Assembly: GCA_948433885.1 (NCBI GenBank)
Contig: CAOJEC010000003.1
Coordinates: 5,184 to 69,183 of the forward strand
Direction of reading: 5' to 3'
From: an uncultured bacterium
GTDB taxonomy: Bacteria > Bacillota_I > Bacilli_A > RF39 > UBA660
DNA: 64,000 nt
The translations under genes and the position numbers were made by a program. Position 1 is the stretch's first letter. Each line of letters opens with the position of its first letter. The notes under the pieces are model-generated. The model was not told the origin of the DNA. It searched no databases and was given only the letters and a program-made list of their open reading frames with translations. Below are positions 15,727-23,298 of the stretch, piece by piece.

Positions 15727-16396
15727 CGATAATCTCCTTTGCCAATTTGTATACATCCTCACCTATATCCTCGATACTGCGAGTCTTGCCTTCTACAGCA
15801 CACGGCACATATTTGAACCCGAAAAGGTCGTTCATTTCCAAGTATGCTCTCTCCGCTGCTTTTATGTATTCATCGTTTTGCTCTACTTTATCTAACTCTT
15901 CAACTCTTTTAGTGCGAATTTCGAACACGTTTTGTGCAGGCATATGGAGAAATATTACTCCATCAGGTCTCGGTAACCCACACATATCGAATTCTAACTT
16001 ATCGTAAAATTCGTATAATTCTTTTCGTTCTTCCTTCGTCGAAAGTTTTCCTCCTTGATGCCCCATATTCGAAGTAGTATATCTATCCAAAATGACGATC
16101 TTACCTTCTTCTAAGTTTTTTACAATCTCAGATGAATTGTAAAGCCTATCCGCGACATAATACAATCCAGCAACTTTCGGTGGAACACTCACCGGATCTT
16201 CAAAAAACGATTCACAGATGTGACTTTTTCCCAAAAGAGGCCCTCCTATGATCGCTCCTGTGGGTGTATCGTATCTCGGAAAAGGCATCGTAAATGTTTT
16301 GTACCCTTCACCATTTAATTTTTCTATCAACTTTTTACATTGAGTCTCTTTACCACTGCAATCGGTTCCTTCTATAATTATCAATTTACCTTTCAT
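15716..16396 (-). CDS. tmk: Thymidylate kinase family protein
   Basis: P-loop IIEGTDCSGKETQ, the DRY motif (LDRYTTS) and a lid region. Confidence 0.75.
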   Translation of the reverse strand: MKGKLIIIEGTDCSGKETQCKKLIEKLNGEGYKTFTMPFPRYDTPTGAIIGGPLLGKSHICESFFEDPVSVPPKVAGLYYVADRLYNSSEIVKNLEEGKIVILDRYTTSNMGHQGGKLSTKEERKELYEFYDKLEFDMCGLPRPDGVIFLHMPAQNVFEIRTKRVEELDKVEQNDEYIKAAERAYLEMNDLFGFKYVPCAVEGKTRSIEDIGEDVYKLAKEIIDGK

Positions 16397-16545
16397 AAAA
16401 TTTTACTCCTTTAACATATTAATTATACATTTTTAGAAACTTTTTGGCAATGCCCGACTCTCATCTTTGACAATGCACATGAATAACAGACATTTTGCAA
16501 GAACAAAAAAAGCACATAACTTTTTTGAAAATTATATGCTTTATT

Positions 16546-17925
16546 TTACAATTTCAACTTCTCTTCGATATAACCTTTAAGTCTCGTTATATGGATAGTA
16601 ATTTGCTCCATTGTGTCCCTGTCACGCAGTGTAACAGTATCATTGGCAAGTGTTTCGTCATCTATCGTGATGGCAAATGGAGTACCTATCGCATCGCTTC
16701 TTCTATAACGTTTTCCTATACTTCCGGTCTCGTCATAAGAAACAGGGAATTCACTGCAAAGTTCGCCGAATATTTGTTTTGCTTTCTCGGCATGAACTTT
16801 TTTGATCAAAGGTAAAATAGTAACCTTATAAGGTGCTAAAGCTGGAAGAAGATGAAGTACTTCTCGCTCATCACCATCGGCCAAGATTTCCTTATCGTAT
16901 GCATCACACAATACTGCTAAGAACAATCTATCCAACCCTACTGAAGGCTCGATGACATATGGAAGATATTTTTCATTTGTCTCGGGATCCAAATATCTCA
17001 TGTCGACTTTCGAATGCTCCATATGGACACCTAAATCGTAATCGGTTCTATCGGCAATACCCCAAAGTTCGCCCCATCCCATCGGATACTTATATTCTAT
17101 ATCTGTCGTCGCTTTACTGTAAAAGGACAACTCCTCGGGTTTATGATCGCGATAACGAAGATTCTCTTTCTTGAGTCCCAACGTTTTCAAAAAGTCTAAA
17201 CAAGAATTTTTATAAAATCCGAACCATTCCAAATCGGTTCCCGGCTTACAAAAGAATTCCAATTCCATTTGTTCGAATTCACGTACCCTGAAAATGAAAT
17301 TTCCTGGTGTTATCTCGTTTCTAAAAGATTTTCCTATTTGACCTATTCCGAAAGGAACTTTCAATCTCATAGCTCTTTGAACATTGTTGAAGTTGACAAA
17401 TATTCCTTGGGCAGTTTCTCCTCTCAAATAAACTGTACTCTTCGTATCTTCTGTGACACCGATGTGTGTTTCGAATAACAAATTGAACTTACGAATAGGC
17501 GTAAAATCGGCCGCCCCGCATGTCGGACATACGATGCCTTTTTCTTTGATAAAGGTTTCCAATTCTTCATTGCTCCAACCGTCCCCGGTCTCAGCACCTT
17601 CGGTGAAGTCTTCGATCATCTTGTCCGCTCTATGTCTACTTTTACATTTTTTACAATCGACCAAGGGATCGGCAAAGTTCGCCACGTGTCCACTCGCAAC
17701 CCAAACATTTGGATTCATCAAAATTGCCGAATCCAAACCGACATTGTATATGTTTTCTTGAATGAACTTTTGATGCCAAGCACGCTTGATGTTCTCTTTT
17801 AGTTCTCTTCCCAAAGGACCGTAATCCCAAGAGTTCGATAAACCTCCATATATTTCACTACCTTGAAAAACATAACCATACTGTTTAGTATACGCTACGA
17901 TATCTTCCATTTTCAAATTTTTCAT
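16546..17925 (-). CDS. glyQS: Glycine--tRNA ligase (single-chain alpha2 type)
   Basis: Class II motifs, the N-terminus ...FQGSEIYGGLSNSWDYGPLG, and ~459 aa. Confidence 0.95.
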   Translation of the reverse strand: MKNLKMEDIVAYTKQYGYVFQGSEIYGGLSNSWDYGPLGRELKENIKRAWHQKFIQENIYNVGLDSAILMNPNVWVASGHVANFADPLVDCKKCKSRHRADKMIEDFTEGAETGDGWSNEELETFIKEKGIVCPTCGAADFTPIRKFNLLFETHIGVTEDTKSTVYLRGETAQGIFVNFNNVQRAMRLKVPFGIGQIGKSFRNEITPGNFIFRVREFEQMELEFFCKPGTDLEWFGFYKNSCLDFLKTLGLKKENLRYRDHKPEELSFYSKATTDIEYKYPMGWGELWGIADRTDYDLGVHMEHSKVDMRYLDPETNEKYLPYVIEPSVGLDRLFLAVLCDAYDKEILADGDEREVLHLLPALAPYKVTILPLIKKVHAEKAKQIFGELCSEFPVSYDETGSIGKRYRRSDAIGTPFAITIDDETLANDTVTLRDRDTMEQITIHITRLKGYIEEKLKL

Positions 17926-17933
17926 AAATCCTC

Positions 17934-19568
17934 CTAAATTTCTTGTATGACTGCGATGATCATCGGCTTAGATTCCGTCTCGCTGTAAAAATATTTGCCC
18001 AAATGTTCTCTAATTTCCGTTTTGATGTTGTTGTAATCGACATATTCGGCTGTCGTATTTTTGATAATGATATCTTCGCTTATTCTCTTTATCTCGGAGA
18101 TAATCTCCGAAGAATCTTTGACATATATGAAGCCTCTCGTCGTAACTTCGGGTCCGACCAATATTTGTTTGGTTTTTTTCGATAGACTTGCACTTACGAG
18201 CACTATTCCGTTTTCTCCTAAAACTTCTCTATCTTTGATGACCAATTCTCCGACATCTTCTCCCATCGACCCGTCGATCAACGTTTCGTTTATCTTTATG
18301 GTCTCTGTCTTCTCTTGCAACACGCCGTTTTCGATCGTGACGATCTCTCCATTTTGTTTCAAAATGATGTTTTCATTTGGAATACCCAAACTAGAAGCTA
18401 AGTTGGCATTACCGACCATGTAACGATATTCGCCTTCGACAGGCATGACGTATTTCGGTTTCAATAAATCTATCATCATCATCAAATCTTCAGTACTCGC
18501 ATGATGCAATATATTCTTATCTTTTGGAATGGTGAAAGACTCGACATTCATGAGAGCCAATTCGTTTTGTAAATCGACTAATCGCTTTTCATTGTAATCG
18601 TAAGATGGCTCGGCAAACAAAATAGTGTCGTGTTCTTTCAAGGTTACGAATTTGTCGTATCCATCGACTATTTTACGAACATTGTGATATTGGTTTTTCT
18701 TATTGTCGGAAACCATGATGACCGTCTTACCATCTTTCAGATCGTCCAATGTGCCAATCGTTCCTTCTTTTACACTCAAATATTTGTTTTGAACAGCCAT
18801 ATTGATCAAATTTTGCAACTTGTGTCCCATGATGACGACTTTTCTATGTGTATTGTCCAAAGAGTTGAAAATTTCTTGTATCGTATATAGATGATCGTCG
18901 AACAAAGAGATGATCAATCTTCCAGGTGCTTTGTTGACGATGTCCTTATAAAACTTTTCGAACTTGTGATTTGGACTCGTATGTCCTACTCTTTCGGAGA
19001 AAGAAGATTCACTCATCAAACACAAGACACCGAGTTTTCCTACATAAGCAATTTTTCCCAAGTCCATACTGTAACTTCCCGTCATAGATGGATCTATCAA
19101 AAAGTCTCCTGTGTAAACTATCGCTCCGTCTTTCGTATTGACGACATACATCACCGCGTCGGGTACCGAATGATTTATGTTTATTGGAAAGACACTTACC
19201 GATCCAAAGTTTATCTTGTGATGCGCTGTAATTTCGATGACCTTATTAGCATCGAATCCGTTCAACTTCAAATATTCTATCGTATACTTCGTCGCAAAAA
19301 TTTTGATTCCAGGTAATACTTTTACCAAATCGAAAATTCCATCGACATTTTCAGGATGAGCATGCGTCAAAAAAACGCCTCGTATCCTCTTTTTATTTTT
19401 TACGAGGTAATCGTAATCGGGAATGATGTAATCTATCCCGTACATTTCCTCACTTACAAATTTGATTCCCACATCGAAAATGAAAATCGCATTATCGACT
19501 TCTATACAGTAGGTATTCTTCCCATTTTCGTTGAGGCCACCTAATGCCATTATCTTAATTTTACTCAT
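17934..19568 (-). CDS. rnj: Ribonuclease J homologue with non-canonical metal-binding motifs
   Basis: It is collinear with my memory of B. subtilis RNase J1 (GGLNENGKNTY, GIDYIIPDY, TGDF, the beta-CASP region and the C-terminal domain). However, HGHEDH is HAHPEN (19347-19364) and PIHGE is PVEGE. Confidence 0.85.
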   Translation of the reverse strand: MSKIKIMALGGLNENGKNTYCIEVDNAIFIFDVGIKFVSEEMYGIDYIIPDYDYLVKNKKRIRGVFLTHAHPENVDGIFDLVKVLPGIKIFATKYTIEYLKLNGFDANKVIEITAHHKINFGSVSVFPININHSVPDAVMYVVNTKDGAIVYTGDFLIDPSMTGSYSMDLGKIAYVGKLGVLCLMSESSFSERVGHTSPNHKFEKFYKDIVNKAPGRLIISLFDDHLYTIQEIFNSLDNTHRKVVIMGHKLQNLINMAVQNKYLSVKEGTIGTLDDLKDGKTVIMVSDNKKNQYHNVRKIVDGYDKFVTLKEHDTILFAEPSYDYNEKRLVDLQNELALMNVESFTIPKDKNILHHASTEDLMMMIDLLKPKYVMPVEGEYRYMVGNANLASSLGIPNENIILKQNGEIVTIENGVLQEKTETIKINETLIDGSMGEDVGELVIKDREVLGENGIVLVSASLSKKTKQILVGPEVTTRGFIYVKDSSEIISEIKRISEDIIIKNTTAEYVDYNNIKTEIREHLGKYFYSETESKPMIIAVIQEI

Positions 19569-19649
19569 ATAAACACTTTCCTTTCAATTATATAATTTTA
19601 TAATAAGTTAAACAGATAAGAAAATTATAACACAAAAAAAGAAGAAAGT

Positions 19650-20435
19650 CTAACGTCCTCTCTCTTTTTCGTCGATTAGTTTAGAAATATGAACGATTTC
19701 TAAATCTTTATATTCGAGTTCATTCAAAATTACCTTCAAACTTTCCAGTTTGGCCGATGAAGTTAAAAGGATGATGCTTCCCGGCTCGATGGCATTTTTG
19801 GCCTCGATTAAATTTGTACTTGTAAGTTTTATTTTGGGGTCTATTAGAAAGTACTTATTTTTTTTGCAAAGAGCTTCATCGCTCACATCTTTTAAGCAAA
19901 GTTTACTTGCGTCTTTAAGTTTGGAATTTAAAGAATTGAATTTTTCTTTAGTGGATGCTCCATTTAAAAGTTCTACATTTTCATTGGGTTCGATCATTTC
20001 ATCGACAGCTAAATTGTATTTTCGGTTTGAGGAATCTAGATAGTTTACAATTTCTTGATTATCCGAAACTACGAGACTCACCTGTCTTTTGTTTTTGTTG
20101 CCCGCTAAAATGTATTTATCTTTGTTATCTTCTAAAGATTTTTCGGGTTTTACATAATCATATACGAGATAGTTTTCGTTGAACATTCCAAAATCGTGCA
20201 TGGAAAGATAACTTTCTTGATTATTGACTGTACGACCAAATTTCCCTGGCACGATGGTGTTATCTTCTTCATCGATGACTGCATCTATAGGACTTTCTTC
20301 GTATTCTGCACTTACTGCTTTTATTTCCTGCATCAAGTCGCTCTTATTAGCTACTAAAAGGCTAACTTTATCGGTAAAGTAAAAGCTGAACGCGACGATC
20401 GCAAAACCACCTATCCACTCAAAGATTCTTCGCAT
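19650..20435 (-). CDS. Membrane-anchored polysaccharide-deacetylase-like protein (NodB-like, apparently lacking catalytic His/Asp motifs)
   Basis: An N-terminal transmembrane segment. TIVPGKFGRTVN and the C-terminal GSIILLTS...LEIVHISKLI resemble PdaB/YlxY-type proteins, but the LLHD-type motif is LLTS. The start is set at the ATG at 20435 after AGGTGA. Confidence 0.4.
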   Translation of the reverse strand: MRRIFEWIGGFAIVAFSFYFTDKVSLLVANKSDLMQEIKAVSAEYEESPIDAVIDEEDNTIVPGKFGRTVNNQESYLSMHDFGMFNENYLVYDYVKPEKSLEDNKDKYILAGNKNKRQVSLVVSDNQEIVNYLDSSNRKYNLAVDEMIEPNENVELLNGASTKEKFNSLNSKLKDASKLCLKDVSDEALCKKNKYFLIDPKIKLTSTNLIEAKNAIEPGSIILLTSSAKLESLKVILNELEYKDLEIVHISKLIDEKERGR

Positions 20436-20473
20436 ATTAATCACCTATTTAAATTTATGATCATTTCACAATT

Positions 20474-20860
20474 TTATTCAGCATTTACGATATCTTCTTC
20501 ACACTCTTCTTTTTCTTCTACGGGTTCCAAATTGTCGTCTCGACATTTCTGAGATGTCATAAACGATACTTGATCTGCTATAATCTCATATGCATAAACT
20601 TTATTATCTTCTTTATCGACATAATTGTTATTTTGTACGCGAGCCTTGACCGAGATGATATCTCCTTTCTTACAAAACTCACAAACCTTTTCGGCAATGA
20701 CATTCCAAACAGTACACGATATAAAATCGGTCTCATAAATGCCATCAGAGTTTTTATACGGTCTTTTGACAGCCACAGTAATATAGCAGTTGTTCTTCCC
20801 TTCCAATTTTTTTAAAGTGGGATCTTTTGTAAGCCTTCCCACCAAAAACAGTTGGTTCAT
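20474..20860 (-). CDS. ssb: Single-stranded DNA-binding protein paralogue
   Basis: An OB fold (MNQLFLVGRLTKDPTL...) with an AGGAGG RBS. The tail is acidic but lacks the canonical terminal D-D-D-(I/L)-P-F tip. The gene is not in the rpsF-ssb-rpsR context. Confidence 0.8.
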   Translation of the reverse strand: MNQLFLVGRLTKDPTLKKLEGKNNCYITVAVKRPYKNSDGIYETDFISCTVWNVIAEKVCEFCKKGDIISVKARVQNNNYVDKEDNKVYAYEIIADQVSFMTSQKCRDDNLEPVEEKEECEEDIVNAE

Positions 20861-20946
20861 AAGTAGTTCCTCCTTTCTGCCATCACTATAGCAAAATCTT
20901 CTATGCCAAAGCAAAGACCAAAAAAGTTTATTTTGACATACAAAAA

Positions 20947-20971
20947 ATGTAAATCTCGTCAGTATTTACAT
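20947..20971. terminator. Hairpin atgtaaat-N9-atttacat flanked by A and T runs (bidirectional)
   Basis: It lies downstream of spmB on the minus strand. Confidence 0.5.
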
Positions 20972-21032
20972 CTTTTTGTACAAATATAGTTCAAAAAACG
21001 TCAATTGGTATCTCAAAATTCGATTTTTAGTA

Positions 21033-21554
21033 TCAAAAACCAAAAAAGTAATAAACGATGATCGTACTGGCGATTATTCCGACTAAATCGGCACTCAGAC
21101 CAGCTTTGAGAGCGTATCTAATCTTTTTGACTCCGATACTTCCAAAATATAGAGTAACGACGTAAAAAGTAGTATCGGTACTTCCTTGTAAGACGGAAGC
21201 CAACCTTCCTATGAAAGAATCTGTTCCATAGTTCATGAAGATATCCGTCATGATAACTTGGCTCGCCGCTCCACTTATTGGACGCAAAATTGCCATCGGA
21301 AAAATAGATGTCGGAATCATCGGCCCTAAAAAGTTCGATAACCCCGAAAATATGAAGTCTAGAATCCCACTATGTAAGAAGATATTGACCGCGAAAACCA
21401 TCGCCACTGTAAACGGAAATATGCCAAAAGCGCTTTGAATTCCATCCGTCGCCCCTTTGACAAAAGATGAATAAATATCCACTTTTTTGGTAATTCCATA
21501 GACGACGATTCCTCCGACCATCAAAGGAATCAGCAATAAAGACACTGTGTTCAT
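21033..21554 (-). CDS. spmB: Spore maturation protein B
   Basis: A nucleoside-recognition-like membrane protein and the last gene of a dacB-spmA-spmB arrangement. Confidence 0.8.
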   Translation of the reverse strand: MNTVSLLLIPLMVGGIVVYGITKKVDIYSSFVKGATDGIQSAFGIFPFTVAMVFAVNIFLHSGILDFIFSGLSNFLGPMIPTSIFPMAILRPISGAASQVIMTDIFMNYGTDSFIGRLASVLQGSTDTTFYVVTLYFGSIGVKKIRYALKAGLSADLVGIIASTIIVYYFFGF

Positions 21555-22129
21555 CTATTTTTCCTCCTTATCAAATAATCGACGCTTAGCCCGGCAACTG
21601 TCGAACAAAGAGTTGCTGCCAAAGCTGGACCGATTATTTCGCTAGGATTTGTGCTTCCGAACATCGCACGTAAACTTATTATTGATGTAGGTATCAATGT
21701 TACTCCCGAAGTATTCAAAACTAAAAATGTTATCATGGCCGGCGTTGCTGTGTCTTTTTGGGGATTCAGTTCCTGTAGTTTTTCCATCGCTTTCAGCCCG
21801 AATGGAGTTGCGGCACCACCAAGTCCGACCATGTTTACTATGATGTTAGAAGCGATGAGTCCCAATGATTCGTGTCCTTCCGGAATACTCGGGAACAACC
21901 GTTTCAATATGAAAGAAAACTTGTATGCTACTTTTGAAAGAAGACCCGAGTCGCTTGCAATTTGCATCAATCCCATCCAAAGAACCATCACCGGTAACAT
22001 TGTAAGAAACATCTCCAAGGCTTGCGCTGAACTTTTCAGTACTTCATCGTTCACTAAAGAAATGTTGCCACTGATAAAACTGTAAACGATACCTATTAGT
22101 AATAAACCGCCCCATACCAAACTTACCAT
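21551..22129 (-). CDS. spmA: Spore maturation protein A
   Basis: A membrane protein that overlaps both neighbours by 4-7 nt, in the classic operon position. Confidence 0.8.
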   Translation of the reverse strand: MVSLVWGGLLLIGIVYSFISGNISLVNDEVLKSSAQALEMFLTMLPVMVLWMGLMQIASDSGLLSKVAYKFSFILKRLFPSIPEGHESLGLIASNIIVNMVGLGGAATPFGLKAMEKLQELNPQKDTATPAMITFLVLNTSGVTLIPTSIISLRAMFGSTNPSEIIGPALAATLCSTVAGLSVDYLIRRKNR

Positions 22130-23181
22130 TTAAAAAACTCCTTTATTTTCTCCCACCAAGTTTTAGGTTTTGGTATTCCTTCGGCATATATATTGACTTT
22201 TTCGTATACTTTTCCATCTAATGACACCGAAATAGTGCCGATTACTGTAGAACGTTCACCTACTTCTACACCTTCGTAAAGTTCGACTTCTCTTTTGACT
22301 TTTTTATGCTCTTCTTCAGTCAAAAGCATCGAAAACGAAGAAGAAGTATAAACTTTATATCCCGGTTTATAATTGATCATCAAATTGTCTTTATCGATCA
22401 GAGTATATTTCTCGTACATTGAAAAGTACTTTTCATAAAGTTTTTCATGCGTATCGAATCTATCGGCATCGACGAATGTTGCGATCAACAAATTCTTATC
22501 ATCCTTCGAAGCAGAAGATACGAAGGTATGTCTCGCCCGAGGAGTATAACCTATTTTTCCCCCTGTCGCATATTTATAGTCGGTAATCAATTTGTTTTTA
22601 TTGTACCATTCGTACGATCCAAAATTTGTTTTAACCGAATACTTCTTAGCTTTGGTTATCTCCCTAAATTCTTCGTTTTCCATCGCTTCTTTCATGAGCA
22701 AACACATATCATTGGCCGTGCTTTTATTTTCAGTCTCATTATCTAGACCATGAGGATTAGAAAATTTTGAATCGTGCATTCCGATCATCAACGCTGTGTC
22801 GTTCATGAGTTTGGCAAATCCTTCCGTACTTCCCGCGGTATATTTTGCAATAGTCATCGCCGCATCATTACCACTTCGAAGCATCAGTCCATATAATAAA
22901 TCGCGCATGGTCATCTTTTCTTGAGGCTTCAAATAAATCGAGCTTCCATGCACTTCCAATATTTCTTCGCCCGCCGTGACGACATCATCCAAGTCTACAT
23001 ACTCCAAAGCAACTAAAGCAGTCATTATCTTCGTCGTCGACGCGAGTAAATACTTTTTATCTCCGTTTTTAGAATACAAAACTCTTCCACTATCGGCATC
23101 CATGACTGTAATCGCTTCGACAGCATGAACACTACTTACAAATAATAAAGAAACTACCAAAAATACAATTACTTTTTTCAT
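22123..23181 (-). CDS. dacB: D-alanyl-D-alanine carboxypeptidase (S11), sporulation-type DacB
   Basis: A signal peptide plus the SxxK (ASTTK), SGN and KTG-like (GKIGYT) motifs. It lies upstream of spmAB. Confidence 0.85.
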   Translation of the reverse strand: MKKVIVFLVVSLLFVSSVHAVEAITVMDADSGRVLYSKNGDKKYLLASTTKIMTALVALEYVDLDDVVTAGEEILEVHGSSIYLKPQEKMTMRDLLYGLMLRSGNDAAMTIAKYTAGSTEGFAKLMNDTALMIGMHDSKFSNPHGLDNETENKSTANDMCLLMKEAMENEEFREITKAKKYSVKTNFGSYEWYNKNKLITDYKYATGGKIGYTPRARHTFVSSASKDDKNLLIATFVDADRFDTHEKLYEKYFSMYEKYTLIDKDNLMINYKPGYKVYTSSSFSMLLTEEEHKKVKREVELYEGVEVGERSTVIGTISVSLDGKVYEKVNIYAEGIPKPKTWWEKIKEFFKW

Positions 23182-23259
23182 ACTATCACATCTAAATATA
23201 TGTGAACTTCTAAGAAAAAGAAGTTGCGAATGATTTTATACAAAAAAATCATAAGCATC

Positions 23260-23285
23260 AAAAAAGCCATCACTTACATGATGAC
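23260..23285 (-). terminator. Rho-independent terminator after the large surface-protein gene
   Basis: The minus strand reads gtcatca-tgtaag-tgatggc followed by tttttt. Confidence 0.6.
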
Positions 23286-23298
23286 TAAAATTTTATTA

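Noticed and set aside
15257-15895. 212-aa plus-strand ORF, together with many similar 60-210-aa ORFs opposite annotated genes (for example 42253-42891, 48230-48781, 50342-50728, 60625-61077)
   Set aside because: All are antisense to genes with clear family signatures and lack RBSs. They reflect stop-codon depletion opposite coding frames.
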